From Phormidesmis sp. (lineage in GTDB: Bacteria > Cyanobacteriota > Cyanobacteriia > Leptolyngbyales > Leptolyngbyaceae), in the NCBI GenBank assembly GCA_965248535.1, contig CBDFJR010000002.1:1888001-1952000 (forward strand): DNA of 64,000 bases. The letters are read 5' to 3'. The position numbers were made by a program, and so were the translations under genes. A model generated the notes under the pieces. The model ran no database searches. It saw only the letters and a list, made by a program, of their open reading frames with translations, and was not told the DNA's origin. Below are positions 19,569 to 30,720 of the stretch, one piece after another. Positions within the stretch are counted from its first letter, which is position 1, and each line of letters begins with the position of its first letter.

Positions 19569-20852
19569 TTAGAGAGGCTTCATGACGATCGCCGCGTAGT
19601 GATAGGGCGACAGATATTGACTCGCTAAGTTTTGCAACTCTTCGGCGCTAAAGGCTTGAATGCGCTGGGGATAGATCACCGACAAGTCTGCTTGAGCGAT
19701 CGTGTGATAGTAGCCATAAAGGCCGGCTAGTTGACCCGGCGTTTCGGTCGAGAAGGCATAGTCATTTCGCAACAGGCGTTTGCCGCGCGCCAGTTCGGCC
19801 TCGCTGACGAGAGTGGTGGTGAGATGGGAGAGGCGATCGCAGATCAGCGCCTCTACTCGCTCAATATTTTCTGGCTCTAGCCAAGCGGTGATTGTGAACA
19901 AACTCGATTCTCGCTGCATCGAAAAGCTGCTGCCGATCGCCTGCACAAGCTGCCGATCTTCGCGCAGTTCTTGCACTAGTCGAGCCGATTGGCTTTCTGC
20001 CAAGAGCACCGAAATCAGGTCTAGACCATAGGCATTTTGAGAGGGATCGTCATCCACGCCGGGAGCCATCCACGCCATCATTAGTCGAGCCTGTTCGAGG
20101 CGAGGCAACCGCAGTTCTTGACGACGAATGCCCACGATCGGGGGTTCGGCTTCGGGCGTAGATTGCAGACAGTCGCGGGGCCCAGGAAAGGCGGAGAACG
20201 ATCGCTCAACCCAGTTCACCGCATCGTCTTGATCAACATCTCCCACAATCACCACGGTCATATTCTGGGGCTGATAGTGGGCACGATGGAAGCGGCGCAT
20301 CTCGTCGGGCGATCGCTGCATCAAAATCGCTTCGGTGCCCAAGATCGGCCGTCCATAGGGATGACGCTGATAGACGCTCTCAGCCAGCGCCTCAAACGCA
20401 ACACAGTCAGGATTATCGTAAGTTTGACGAATTTCTTCAAGCACCACATCGCGCTCTCGATCGAACTCGTCATCAGGGATCGCCGCATTCAGCAGCAGTT
20501 CACCCAAATAGGGCAGCGTGTCACCCAGATGTTGAGCGGCCGTCGTCATGAAAAAGTGGGCATAGTCATGACTGGTAGCGGCATTGGTCACGCCACCGCG
20601 ACTCTCGATCACCGCGTCAAAGCTGCCAGGCGGAAGGCGATCGGTGCCCTTAAAAATCATGTGTTCTAAAAAGTGGGCCATGCCTGACCACTGATCAGGC
20701 TCTACGATCGCGCCTGCTTTCACCCACACATCGACGGCCACAACCCCCGTTGCCGGAACCTGTTGATGAATTAACGTCAATCCATTTTCTAGCGTGAGGA
20801 TCTTGGCTGGAAAGGGAGCGACAGCAGACCGTGATAACTGATTTACGTTCAA
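19569..20852 (-). CDS. M16 family zinc peptidase (pitrilysin-like)
   Basis: GMAHFLEHMIFKGT (HxxEH), NAATSHDY, ERDVVLEE. Confidence 0.93.
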   Translation of the reverse strand: MNVNQLSRSAVAPFPAKILTLENGLTLIHQQVPATGVVAVDVWVKAGAIVEPDQWSGMAHFLEHMIFKGTDRLPPGSFDAVIESRGGVTNAATSHDYAHFFMTTAAQHLGDTLPYLGELLLNAAIPDDEFDRERDVVLEEIRQTYDNPDCVAFEALAESVYQRHPYGRPILGTEAILMQRSPDEMRRFHRAHYQPQNMTVVIVGDVDQDDAVNWVERSFSAFPGPRDCLQSTPEAEPPIVGIRRQELRLPRLEQARLMMAWMAPGVDDDPSQNAYGLDLISVLLAESQSARLVQELREDRQLVQAIGSSFSMQRESSLFTITAWLEPENIERVEALICDRLSHLTTTLVSEAELARGKRLLRNDYAFSTETPGQLAGLYGYYHTIAQADLSVIYPQRIQAFSAEELQNLASQYLSPYHYAAIVMKPL

Positions 20853-21097
20853 GATTCAGTTTCGACCCGATTAATTGTTTGAGTAAACAAAATTAAAGAA
20901 ATGTTGACTTTATTGTGCTGGTTCTTAGTAGAAAAAAAGGCACACATTGGTCATTCATTAACAGTTCAATCTCTGTATTCTAGACTACTTTGCTCAATAA
21001 ATAGGGGGTCAAATTCTCAAGCTAAATCAAGATGATTGCTCAAATGTCAAAATTGTATGACATTTGTATTCCTGGAACTTTGTCGAGCGTTCCTAAT

Positions 21098-21129
21098 AAA
21101 AATTCCCCCACTAATCTAGTAAGGGAAAT
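21098..21129 (-). terminator. Putative intrinsic terminator downstream of 6S RNA
   Basis: Minus strand ATTTCCCTT-ACTAGATTAGT-GGGGGAAT followed by a T-run. Confidence 0.5.
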
Positions 21130-21135
21130 CATACA

Positions 21136-21322
21136 GAAGTTCACCGCAACACCGTTTTACCTCAGTTTTTGACCTGGTGCGAGACCAGGTGGGAGTCGAT
21201 CGTCGGGCTTAAAGTTTCCGGGTACAAGCCCGGTCTACTGCTGCCAGACGTAATTAGATTCCCTTATTGAAAAGCAAGATCATAAAACATTATTGGCAGT
21301 CACCAATGCCGCAGTGAACTTC
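21136..21322 (-). ncRNA. ssaA: 6S RNA
   Basis: Long terminal complementarity (GAAGTTCACTGCGGCATTG / CGGTGTTGCGGTGAACTTC), ~187 nt, lies downstream of purK as known in cyanobacteria, TACAAT -10 immediately upstream. Confidence 0.9.
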
Positions 21323-21368
21323 CCCCATTGTAATGGTTGAAGGAATGAATGGGTATCAAACCGCCAAT

Positions 21369-22502
21369 TTAAGATCTGTACCAAATGGTCTCGATCAGGT
21401 CAGCGATCGTGATCGCCTGTTGACGCAAATCAGCGGCGCTTTTGATCAACACGGTGACGTGCCCCAGTTTTCGACCCGGACGCGATTCAATCTTGCTATA
21501 CCAATGCACCGCAGCCCCCGGAATCTCAGCGAGTTGGTGCCGCTTGTCTAGATAATCGCTCTCAGACTGCTCATAGCCCAGCAGGTTGACCATCACTGCA
21601 CCCTCACAAGAGGTCAACGCCGGACTGCCCAACGCCCAACCGCACACCGCCCGTAGCTGCTGCTCAAATTGAGAAGTCACGCAGGCATCGATCGTGTAGT
21701 GTCCTGAGTTGTGGGTTCGAGGGGCGATTTCATTCACCAAGATTTTGCCTTCACGGGTGAGAAATAGTTCGATGCCAAAAATGCCCACGACTTGCAGACC
21801 ATCCAGCAGGGTGCGAGCGATCGTGTCCACCTCCCGCACCGTAGCGGCGGGCAGATCAGCAGGCGCAATGACGCGACGACACACCTGATTTTCTTGCTGA
21901 GTTTCGACAATCGGGTAGACGACCATCTCACCCGCCAGCGATCGGGCCGCCATCACCGCGAGTTCTCGGTCAAAGGGGACAAATTCTTCAGCTAACAGCG
22001 GCTGGTGATCGAGGGTTTTGAGAATGGTTTCAAGCTCTTCAGCCGTTTTGACAATAAAGGTGCCCTGCCCGTCATAGCCATGACGACGGGTTTTAAGCAC
22101 GATCGGGAACTCAGCCGTCTGCGATAAAGACCCCTTTTCTAGCGCAAAAAAGCGGGGAGTCGGAAGCTGACGATCGCGCAAATGGCAGCGTTGATCGTAT
22201 TTATCCAACAGCGGTCTAAGAGACTCTAAACTGGGACGAAAGCAAACACCCTGCTTTTCTAGCTCAGACAGCGCTTCTAAATCGACAAACTCATTTTCAA
22301 AGGTGATCACATCACAGCGCGCTGCTAGGTCAGCCGTCGAGTCAGCATCGGCGATCGCCGCAAAAATAGTTTCAGCCGCGATCGCCACCGCCGGGTCAGT
22401 TTCAGACGGGGTTTGAATCACCAGGTCAACCCCCAGCTTTTTAGCTGCGTCTGCCATCATCCAGGCCAGTTGCCCACCGCCAATGACACCCACTCGCTTC
22501 AT
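21369..22502 (-). CDS. purK: N5-carboxyaminoimidazole ribonucleotide synthase
   Basis: MKRVGVIGGGQL (true start 22502), TFENEF, GYDGQG, NEIAPRTHNSGH, RKLGHVT. Confidence 0.96.
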   Translation of the reverse strand: MKRVGVIGGGQLAWMMADAAKKLGVDLVIQTPSETDPAVAIAAETIFAAIADADSTADLAARCDVITFENEFVDLEALSELEKQGVCFRPSLESLRPLLDKYDQRCHLRDRQLPTPRFFALEKGSLSQTAEFPIVLKTRRHGYDGQGTFIVKTAEELETILKTLDHQPLLAEEFVPFDRELAVMAARSLAGEMVVYPIVETQQENQVCRRVIAPADLPAATVREVDTIARTLLDGLQVVGIFGIELFLTREGKILVNEIAPRTHNSGHYTIDACVTSQFEQQLRAVCGWALGSPALTSCEGAVMVNLLGYEQSESDYLDKRHQLAEIPGAAVHWYSKIESRPGRKLGHVTVLIKSAADLRQQAITIADLIETIWYRS

Positions 22503-23071
22503 TGCACGGCTCCAGGGTCTGCAAACGGCGAAAGCAATCTCGGAAACATAGATAACACGTCTCCGATCGCCGGAGTTTGTTTTTCGCAGCCCAAAGACTC
22601 TTGGGTCTCGACCCCTGTTTGAGAATTTTTGCCCTGAGCGATTTTGCACAGGTCTTTTACTTGGGCCCGATCTAAAATTGCATTGCTAAAATCTGCGCCC
22701 GTGATGTTGACTCGATCGAAGGTCGATCGCAGCAAAATCGCTTCTGTCAAAACTGCATCACTCAAATCTGCCTCAGTGAACTTAATCTGATCCATCAACG
22801 CATTGGTGAGGTTTGCGCCGTGCAGGTTGGTCTTGGTCAACACCGACGCGCTTAGGACAATGCCCTGCATTTCTGCGTTAGCAAAATTGGTGCTTTCGAG
22901 ATTGGTGTTGGAAAATTCTGCCGATCGCAGGTTTTGCCCCGAAAAATCTTTTCGAGATAACTCAGCGTTGCTAAAGGAAAGCGGCGGCGGATAGTCTAAT
23001 GCCTGAGCGGGTAGGGGATGACTGCACAGAACAAAAGCTAAGAGAAATGCAGCCAATCGCCAAAAAAACAT
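22499..23071 (-). CDS. Secreted pentapeptide-repeat protein
   Basis: Signal peptide, A(N/D)L repeats, LC...SLGC; stop overlaps the purK start (ATGA). Confidence 0.9.
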   Translation of the reverse strand: MFFWRLAAFLLAFVLCSHPLPAQALDYPPPLSFSNAELSRKDFSGQNLRSAEFSNTNLESTNFANAEMQGIVLSASVLTKTNLHGANLTNALMDQIKFTEADLSDAVLTEAILLRSTFDRVNITGADFSNAILDRAQVKDLCKIAQGKNSQTGVETQESLGCEKQTPAIGDVLSMFPRLLSPFADPGAVQ

Positions 23072-23135
23072 AGGACAAAACTCCCACTGATGAGTCGTTA
23101 GTCAGCTTATCGCATTTAGGGATAGGGCTTTTTGA

Positions 23136-23672
23136 CTAAGATTTGCAACCCAACGATTCTCGTGTGTCTGCGCCAGTTTTGGGGTTGACCCCGCTGGCTG
23201 ATTTACAGAGTTCTTTCACCTGAAGACCGCTCAAAATGGCCCCGCTAAAATCGGCACCTGTGACGGTCACATCGTGAAAAATAGTCCGCAGCAGCATGGC
23301 ATCGGTAAGCACTGCATCACTTAAATTCACATTCAATAACCGGACTTGATCCATCATGGCCTGGTTCATGTTTGCGCCCTGAAAATTGGTTTCTTTGAGG
23401 GTAGATGTGCTGAAGACGGCTCCTTCTAAGTTGGCGTTGGTGAAATTGGCTTGATTGAGATCAGCCCCCGGAAATTCTTCTGCCCGCAGGTCTGCGCCCG
23501 AAAAGTCTTTGTTGGCTAATCCTTCGTTTGAGTAGTCGAGCGACTTGCCACTAGCGGCCGCGGAGGCTGCTGCCTGGGCCGGAAGGGCACCCCCGCACCA
23601 CACCAAAATCACAAGTAGGAGGGAGATGACTCTAGAGAGCAGCGTTTTAAAGACCAAAGGTGTGTGAGTCAT
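23136..23672 (-). CDS. Secreted pentapeptide-repeat protein
   Basis: Signal peptide, GADLNQANFTNANLEGA, GVNPKTGADTRESLGC. Confidence 0.9.
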   Translation of the reverse strand: MTHTPLVFKTLLSRVISLLLVILVWCGGALPAQAAASAAASGKSLDYSNEGLANKDFSGADLRAEEFPGADLNQANFTNANLEGAVFSTSTLKETNFQGANMNQAMMDQVRLLNVNLSDAVLTDAMLLRTIFHDVTVTGADFSGAILSGLQVKELCKSASGVNPKTGADTRESLGCKS

Positions 23673-24435
23673 GGTTGAGGGTTGAGAGAACTTTCTCTCT
23701 TAGTTTAGAGTCGCTGGTATATTCTCGATCGGCTTGGGCGATCGCGATCGTCACTGCGTCAGAGTCTGCGCCGCGAATAATTTTTTTTGCAACGCGCAGA
23801 AAATTTTGACTCGAAGCGGCTTCTGCCCGATAAGCCAGAGTCGCTAAAATAGCGGCGGCTTCAGAGACGCTAGCCGTTCCGACGGTTTTGACGACCTCTG
23901 ACGGATTTGGCACCTCGATAGCGCCTAGGGCTGCCGCCGAGAAAAAGCGTAAGGGAAGCTGACGATCGTGGCAAAATTTCACCAATCCTGCTTCGGTGGC
24001 TTTGTGATCGATTGTGGCAATTCCGGCGATCGCGGCTTCGGCAAAGTGATGCGATCGCAGTGTTTTTTGAAGCGCATAGTTAATCAGAGACTCTGATGTG
24101 CCGCGTTTGCAGCCGACCCCCACCCACAGCACTCTGGGGTGCCACTGCACTTTAGGCAACACCGATGCAGGCGCAAACCGTCTTTGCAGAGGGCTAATCC
24201 AAATTCGCGCCTTGGGTTCGGGCGTTTTTTCTCGCGTCGTCGCCGTGTAGTCAGGAAAGCCAAACTGAAAGCAGTGATCAGGCGGCAGCAGAGAGTGCCA
24301 CCCCGTTGACCCCGCTTCTTGAATCACCTGAATGGGATCTTGACGCACGATCGCCGCATTGACTCCAGTCCAGTTTCCCGTTCCCCGCGGCCACCCACAC
24401 AACGTGTCTAGAGCGTTAACTTGAAGTAACTCCAT
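23647..24435 (-). CDS. CbiG-like cobalamin biosynthesis protein (middle and C-terminal domains only)
   Basis: LWVGVGCKRG, IATIDHKATE, GTASVSEAAA, VTIAIA. Confidence 0.8.
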   Translation of the reverse strand: MELLQVNALDTLCGWPRGTGNWTGVNAAIVRQDPIQVIQEAGSTGWHSLLPPDHCFQFGFPDYTATTREKTPEPKARIWISPLQRRFAPASVLPKVQWHPRVLWVGVGCKRGTSESLINYALQKTLRSHHFAEAAIAGIATIDHKATEAGLVKFCHDRQLPLRFFSAAALGAIEVPNPSEVVKTVGTASVSEAAAILATLAYRAEAASSQNFLRVAKKIIRGADSDAVTIAIAQADREYTSDSKLREKVLSTLNHDSHTFGL

Positions 24436-24698
24436 TGGGGTTTATCCTATCTTCATAGTGCAAGGTGACTAAGACCGTAATTTCTCGGATGAAGTCTACG
24501 ATCGAGTCCCCCATAAACAGAACACAGTCTTCTATTAAAGCGGATTAATCACCACAATCTACGTAATTACCGCAGCAACTGCTTGAAGTTCCTGAAATAA
24601 TTAAGAATCTTAGAATAAAGAGTTAGCCTCTTTTCGAGCGTCGAGAAACTCTGCTATTTAGCCATCCTCTAGATCCCTACTCTCTACCCTAAAAGCCG

Positions 24699-25757
24699 AT
24701 GGTTCAAGCTTTTTCACGACTCGCGATCCCCCTGACCCTGGCTTTAGCTAGCGCAGTGCTGATGACTGGCTGTGACGAGGCCTCTGAAGTAGCTGCTTCG
24801 GCATCTGGAGACGTTGATTTAGGTCTCAGTGATCCTACTTACTACGTTAACTTGGGTACTGAACTAAGGGTGAGCCAAAAGCCAGAAGCGGCGATCGCTG
24901 CTTATCGCCGAGCCATTCAGATCGATTTCACCCATGCCGAGGCTTATCAAGAGTTAGGCAACACACTCTATGATCAAGGCAGACTTGAGGAAGCAACCGC
25001 CACTTATCGCAGAGCCGTTCAAATTCATAGCGACGATGCTGAAGCCTATTGTGGGCTGGGCAACACGCTGCTAGAGCAAAAGCGAACGGAGGAAGCGATC
25101 GCGGCCTATCACAGAGCGACGCAAGTTAACCCAAACCTAGCCAGCGCCTATAGTGGGCTAGGCAACGCGCTGCGTCAGCGCCAAAGGCTATCGGAGGCGA
25201 TCGGCGCTTATCAAAAGGCGCTCTCGCTGCCAGACGTTAAAAGAACGGCCGCGAGTGCCCACACGATTGCTTACCTAGGCTGGGGACGCTCCTTACACGA
25301 TCAAGGCAACTCTGAAGACGCGATCGGGCTTTATCGCCAAGCCATCGGTCTCAACGCTAACTATGCGGTGAGCTATCTCTATTTGGGCGAAGCGCTCTAT
25401 GACCAAAAGCGCTTAGAAGATGCGTCACGCACGTATCAAAAGGCGTTAACGCTACCCAACGTTAAACGACCCAAGCTGATCAGCAGCCACGCTCTAGCTC
25501 ACAATGGTCTAGGGTTGGTGCTTCAGCGTCAGGGCAAAACCCAGCGAGCGATCGCCGAATATCAGCAAGCGCTACAACTCGATCTCAGTTGTGAAGTCGC
25601 CAGCGACAACCTCAAACGAGCCAGACAACTCTTAGCAAAACAGCCTCCCAAGCCTCAGCCAAAGCAAAAATCAACCTCACCGCTAGCGGATGTTAACAAG
25701 GTCTCGTGGGTCTTATTGCTGCGATCGCTCGAAACCGTCAACGCAACCAAAACTTGA
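24699..25757 (+). CDS. TPR-repeat protein, probable lipoprotein
   Basis: Repeated AY..LG..L...GR.EEAIAAY units; LMTGC lipobox-like. Confidence 0.88.
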   Translation: MVQAFSRLAIPLTLALASAVLMTGCDEASEVAASASGDVDLGLSDPTYYVNLGTELRVSQKPEAAIAAYRRAIQIDFTHAEAYQELGNTLYDQGRLEEATATYRRAVQIHSDDAEAYCGLGNTLLEQKRTEEAIAAYHRATQVNPNLASAYSGLGNALRQRQRLSEAIGAYQKALSLPDVKRTAASAHTIAYLGWGRSLHDQGNSEDAIGLYRQAIGLNANYAVSYLYLGEALYDQKRLEDASRTYQKALTLPNVKRPKLISSHALAHNGLGLVLQRQGKTQRAIAEYQQALQLDLSCEVASDNLKRARQLLAKQPPKPQPKQKSTSPLADVNKVSWVLLLRSLETVNATKT

Positions 25758-25809
25758 CCTAAAAATCGCCCCCAGCCATCTGAGAGCGATCAACCTCTAA
25801 AACCAGCGA

Positions 25810-27378
25810 TTACAGATTTACAGGAGTCCGATCGAGGGTGTGACTGACCTGAAGAGCAGGCTTCTGCATGGCTTGTTGCAGCATGGGGGTTTTGGTCACC
25901 GAGTCGTTAGCCAACGTAAACAGCGGGTTGGAAAGAATCCCCGCGATCGTGGTTGCCACCAAGGTCAACACCAAGCCCACCTGCAATGGGCGCATCCCCG
26001 GCAGACTCCAGCTAATGTCGGGATAGTTTTTCACCGCATCAGACATTTCCTGTGGCTCTTTGACCACCATCATTTTCACCACCCGAATGTAGTAATAGAT
26101 GGAAATCACACTCGTCAACAGACCCAGCAAGACAAGCGGATAAGCCCCCGCCTGCCAGCCTGCCCAAAAGAGATAGAGTTTGCCAAAAAAGCCGGCCAGA
26201 GGCGGAATTCCGCCGAGAGACAAGAGGCAGATACTCAACGCCAGCGTTAGGAGCGGATCTTTTTGATATAAGCCACCATATTCACTAATCTGGTCGGTGC
26301 CCGTTCTCAGCGTGAAGAGAATCACACAGGTAAATGCGCCTAGGTTCATAAACAGATAGATCAGCAGGTAAAACACCATGCTGGCGTAACCTGCATCACT
26401 GCCGATGACTAACCCAATCATCACAAAGCCTGCCTGCCCGATCGAGGAATAGGCCAAAAGCCGCTTCATGCTGGTTTGAGCCAACGCCACCACATTGCCC
26501 AGCACCATGCTGAGAATGGCTAACGTGGTCATCACAAAGTGCCACTGCTCAGTCACTAGCGGGAAGGCAGTCACTAACAGCCGGATCGCCAACGCAAACC
26601 CTGCTGCTTTAGAACCCACCGACAAAAACGCTACAACAGGAGTTGGAGAGCCTTCATAAACGTCGGGTGTCCATTGGTGAAAGGGAACGGCGGCAATCTT
26701 AAACGCGATCCCCGCGATCACAAAGACGAGGGCGATCACCAGCCCGATCGAGTCTGCCAACCCTGCCGCCCCAATCTGCGTAGAGATCTGACTCAAATTT
26801 GTTTCGCCGCCTGACAAACCATAAAGCAGCGAGGTGCCATAGAGAAAAATAGCCGAACTCGAAGCCCCAATCAGCAGATATTTCAGCGCCGCCTCGTTAG
26901 AGCGGGGATCGCGCTTGGTGTAGCCCGTCAGCAGATAGGACGAGATGCTCAGGGTTTCGAGCGAGACGTAGACGGTGACTAGCTCATCTGCGCCAGAGAG
27001 GAACATTCCCCCCACGGTCGCGGTGAGGAGAATAATCAAAAACTCTGCCAGCGCCGTGCCGGACTGCTCAACATAGCGGATCGACATCAAAATCGTTCCG
27101 GCGGCTGCTAGGGCGACAATGCCCCGAAACACAATGCTGAGATTGTCGCTGTTGTATTCGCCAAAAAATGCGATCGGAGCCGTCGTATTCCACAAAAAGC
27201 AGAGGGCACCGACTGCTGTGAGCAAACCGCCGATCGCAAAATAAGGAGTCCACTTCGACGAAGCAGTGCGCCCCACAATCAGATCACCGATCATCACAAT
27301 CAAGAGGGTTGTGACCACAATGATCTCTGGCAAGATTGCTCCAGTGTTTAACTGGGCTACAAGCGTAGCAAAATCCAT
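25810..27378 (-). CDS. ndhB: NAD(P)H-quinone oxidoreductase subunit 2
   Basis: [51 protein letters not shown]. Confidence 0.97.
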   Translation of the reverse strand: MDFATLVAQLNTGAILPEIIVVTTLLIVMIGDLIVGRTASSKWTPYFAIGGLLTAVGALCFLWNTTAPIAFFGEYNSDNLSIVFRGIVALAAAGTILMSIRYVEQSGTALAEFLIILLTATVGGMFLSGADELVTVYVSLETLSISSYLLTGYTKRDPRSNEAALKYLLIGASSSAIFLYGTSLLYGLSGGETNLSQISTQIGAAGLADSIGLVIALVFVIAGIAFKIAAVPFHQWTPDVYEGSPTPVVAFLSVGSKAAGFALAIRLLVTAFPLVTEQWHFVMTTLAILSMVLGNVVALAQTSMKRLLAYSSIGQAGFVMIGLVIGSDAGYASMVFYLLIYLFMNLGAFTCVILFTLRTGTDQISEYGGLYQKDPLLTLALSICLLSLGGIPPLAGFFGKLYLFWAGWQAGAYPLVLLGLLTSVISIYYYIRVVKMMVVKEPQEMSDAVKNYPDISWSLPGMRPLQVGLVLTLVATTIAGILSNPLFTLANDSVTKTPMLQQAMQKPALQVSHTLDRTPVNL

Positions 27379-27905
27379 AGAGCTTAGTCCGATTGAGCAG
27401 GGTTAACAAGAAATTTAAACGAGTTCACCCGATCGCCGGGTGAGTCTTTAGAGTATGCAATTCTTTTACGGATTCTATCGCGCTAGACTGACTACTTTTC
27501 GTTAAATTCTACCGTTTCAGCAGGGAATGGCATGGTTTCACCCACCCCGATCGATTGACTTGAGTCTATGTCAATTTGTCAAATCGGCAATTTTCGCCCG
27601 CTTTAGGTAGAGAGATCCGACCTCAATCAGTCGAGAAATCCTCCTAAATCTTTGTGTTAAATCGATCTGGCCTGTCGCTATGGTTATAAGTTGAAGGAGA
27701 ACGCCTTGGGCTGCGTCTGACACGATAAGATCGCCCTCTATATTATTGAAGGTGACCTGAGAAACCGCCCAGTAGACTGTCAGGATTTGAAAAGTTACTG
27801 CTCTGAAATCCGGCGATCGTTCAGATTTGGTGTTATTGATTAAATACATACGCCATCCTCGCCTCTCTCTCATCCCCTGCTCTCTTCTGAAAGTTAACGA
27901 GACTC

Positions 27906-30668
27906 ATGTCAACTCTTGTCATCGTTGAATCCCCTACCAAAGCTCGCACCATTCGCAACTATCTGCCCTCCGGTTATCGGGTCGAGGCATCCATGGGGCA
28001 TGTGCGCGATTTGCCTCAGTCTGCCACTGACATTCCGGCATCCGTGAAGGGTGAAAAGTGGGCCCAGCTAGGGGTCAACGTCGAGGCTAATTTTGAACCC
28101 CTCTACATCGTTCCGCAAGACAAAAAGAAGATTGTCAAGGAACTCAAAGAAGCCCTCAAGGGTGTCGATGAACTGCTGCTAGCCACTGACGAAGACCGCG
28201 AGGGCGAAAGCATTAGCTGGCACCTGCTGCAACTGCTAAAACCCAAAGTGCCCATCAAGCGCATGGTGTTTCACGAGATCACCGAAGAGGCGATTCAGGA
28301 AGCGATTCGCAACTGTCGAGACGTGGACGAAAAGCTAGTTCGTGCCCAAGAGACGAGACGCATTCTCGATCGCTTAGTGGGCTACACCCTCTCGCCACTG
28401 CTCTGGAAGAAGATTGCCATGGGCCTGTCGGCGGGGCGCGTTCAGTCGGTGGCTGTTCGAGTCTTGGTGAAGCGAGAACGAGAGCGCCGAGCCTTTCGCA
28501 AAGGTGCTTACTGGGATCTCAAGGCGCTGCTGGCAGCAGGCGAAACTGCGGGCAAGAAAACCAATGAGTTTGAAGCCCGGCTCGTGACCTTGGGGGGACG
28601 CAAACTCGCAACAGGTGCCGACTTCGACGAATCAACGGGCCAAGTTGTGGCAGGTCGCAATGTGCTCTTGCTTAATGAGGCTGAAACGAGAGCTTTGCAG
28701 GAGCGCCTTGCGGATAAAACCTGGACTGTCTCTGATCAAGAAGAACGCCCAGTCACCCGAAAGCCGTCGCCCCCGTTCACGACCTCGACGCTGCAACAAG
28801 AGTCAAACCGCAAGTTAGGGCTGTCTGCCCGTGACACCATGCGGACGGCTCAGAGTCTTTATGAGCAGGGCTATATCACATACATGAGAACCGATTCTGT
28901 GCATCTGTCGGGGCAAGCGATCGCCGCTTCTCGCGACTGTGTTCAGCAAATGTATGGCACTGACTATCTCAGCCCGCAGCCTCGTCAATACACCACCAAG
29001 AGCAAAGGTGCTCAAGAAGCTCACGAAGCCATTCGCCCTGCCGGAAGCAGTTTCCGCACACCGCAGCAAACTAACCTGAGTGGACGCGATCTCAAGCTCT
29101 ATGACCTGATCTGGAAACGCACCGTCGCGACTCAGATGGCCGATGCGCGGCAGACGCAAATCACTGTCCAGATTCAAGTCGAAGAGGCTGGGTTTCGGGC
29201 TAGCGGTAAGCGCATTGATTTTGCGGGTTTCTTCCGCGCTTATGTCGAGGGATCGGATGATCCGAGTGCAGCGATCGAGAGCCAAGAAGTCATTCTGCCT
29301 GCTATGCGGGTGGGCGATCACCCCAACTGCCGAAACCTAGATGCGATCGGGCACGAAACCCAACCCCCTGCCCGCTATACCGAAGCATCCCTGGTCAAAA
29401 CTCTAGAGAGTGAAGGCATTGGCCGCCCCAGCACCTACGCCAGCATTATCAGCACGATCATTGCCAAGGGCTATGCCCAACTGGTCGGCAATGCTCTAAT
29501 CCCGACCTTTACCGCTTTTGCAGTCACCGATCTCTTAGAGAAGCACTTCCCGGAGATTGTTGACCCAGGCTTCACCTCAAAAATGGAGCAAACTCTAGAT
29601 GAAATTGCCACCGGAGAGGTGGAATGGCTGCCTTATTTACGAGATTTCTACTCTGGTGAAGACGGGTTAGAAAAGCAGGTCAAAGATCGTGAGAGCAAAA
29701 TCGACCCCAAAGAAGCTAGAACCATCCACTTTGGCGACCTAGATGCCAAAATTCGCATCAGCAAGACCGGGGCTTATATTGAGTCAGAAAACGGCAATAT
29801 CAACCTGCCCAAGGATATGCCGCCTGCCGATCTGAATGCCGAACAGGTCGAAGTTTTGCTCTTAGGCCCCAAAAAGCTAGGGGTTCATCCTGAAACGAGT
29901 GAACCGATCTACGTCAAGCTAGGGCCCTATGGTCACTATGTGCAGCTCGGCGATCGCTCCGATGCCAATCCAAAACCTAAAAATGTGTCGCTGCCCAAAG
30001 GGGTGACTCCCGAAACGGTGACGATCGAGCAGGCGGTTGGCTTGCTGGCGCTGCCCCGAACCCTCGGAATGCACCCCGACACAGGCCGAAAAGTGCAGGC
30101 GAGTTTGGGCCCCTATGGCCCTTACATCGTCCATGATTTGGGCAAAGGTGAAGACGGCAAAGTTCACAAAGACTATCGATCGCTCAAAGCTGCCGATAAC
30201 GTGCTGACGGTGGACTTTGATCGGGCCCTGCAACTGTTAGCCGAACCGAAAGCCGGACGCGGCAAACGCGGCACCGCAAAACCCTTGCGTGAACTGGGCC
30301 CCCACCCTGAAGAGGGCGAACCCGTCAACATCTATGATGGCCCTTATGGGGCATACATCAAATATGGCAAGGTAAACGCTTCGCTGCCTGAAGGTCAAAC
30401 CGTTGAGTCGATCACCATGGAAGCGGCTTTGGGCGCGATCGCCGCCAAAGGTGGAACCACTAAAGTCCGCAAAACGACGGGACGATCGAAAAAAGCAGCC
30501 GACGACAGCGCGACTGAAACCACCGCCAAAAAAACCATGACTCAGAAAGCGAGTACGGCTAAGAAGGCAACGACTCCTAAATCGACTGCTAAGAAAACGA
30601 CGACTAAAACAGCCGCCGCCAAGAAAACCACCAGCACCCGTAAAAAAGTGCAAACGGCTGAGGAGTAG
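27906..30668 (+). CDS. topA: DNA topoisomerase I
   Basis: [44 protein letters not shown]-terminal repeats and Lys-rich tail. Confidence 0.97.
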   Translation: MSTLVIVESPTKARTIRNYLPSGYRVEASMGHVRDLPQSATDIPASVKGEKWAQLGVNVEANFEPLYIVPQDKKKIVKELKEALKGVDELLLATDEDREGESISWHLLQLLKPKVPIKRMVFHEITEEAIQEAIRNCRDVDEKLVRAQETRRILDRLVGYTLSPLLWKKIAMGLSAGRVQSVAVRVLVKRERERRAFRKGAYWDLKALLAAGETAGKKTNEFEARLVTLGGRKLATGADFDESTGQVVAGRNVLLLNEAETRALQERLADKTWTVSDQEERPVTRKPSPPFTTSTLQQESNRKLGLSARDTMRTAQSLYEQGYITYMRTDSVHLSGQAIAASRDCVQQMYGTDYLSPQPRQYTTKSKGAQEAHEAIRPAGSSFRTPQQTNLSGRDLKLYDLIWKRTVATQMADARQTQITVQIQVEEAGFRASGKRIDFAGFFRAYVEGSDDPSAAIESQEVILPAMRVGDHPNCRNLDAIGHETQPPARYTEASLVKTLESEGIGRPSTYASIISTIIAKGYAQLVGNALIPTFTAFAVTDLLEKHFPEIVDPGFTSKMEQTLDEIATGEVEWLPYLRDFYSGEDGLEKQVKDRESKIDPKEARTIHFGDLDAKIRISKTGAYIESENGNINLPKDMPPADLNAEQVEVLLLGPKKLGVHPETSEPIYVKLGPYGHYVQLGDRSDANPKPKNVSLPKGVTPETVTIEQAVGLLALPRTLGMHPDTGRKVQASLGPYGPYIVHDLGKGEDGKVHKDYRSLKAADNVLTVDFDRALQLLAEPKAGRGKRGTAKPLRELGPHPEEGEPVNIYDGPYGAYIKYGKVNASLPEGQTVESITMEAALGAIAAKGGTTKVRKTTGRSKKAADDSATETTAKKTMTQKASTAKKATTPKSTAKKTTTKTAAAKKTTSTRKKVQTAEE

Positions 30669-30684
30669 TTGGCGGGTTATGAGG

Positions 30685-30712
30685 AGACGATCGAACCCTC
30701 TCGATCGTCTCT
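30685..30712. terminator. Hairpin between convergent topA and ald
   Basis: GAGACGATCGA-ACCCTC-TCGATCGTCTC. Confidence 0.55.
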
Positions 30713-30720
30713 CGCCTCTG

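Noticed and set aside
22503..22649. N-terminal extension of purK in the ORF track
   Set aside because: It overlaps the pentapeptide gene; PurK homology starts at MKRVGVIGGGQL (22502).
27571..27873. 100-aa minus-strand ORF between ndhB and topA
   Set aside because: No motif; it lies in a divergent promoter region and is probably spurious.
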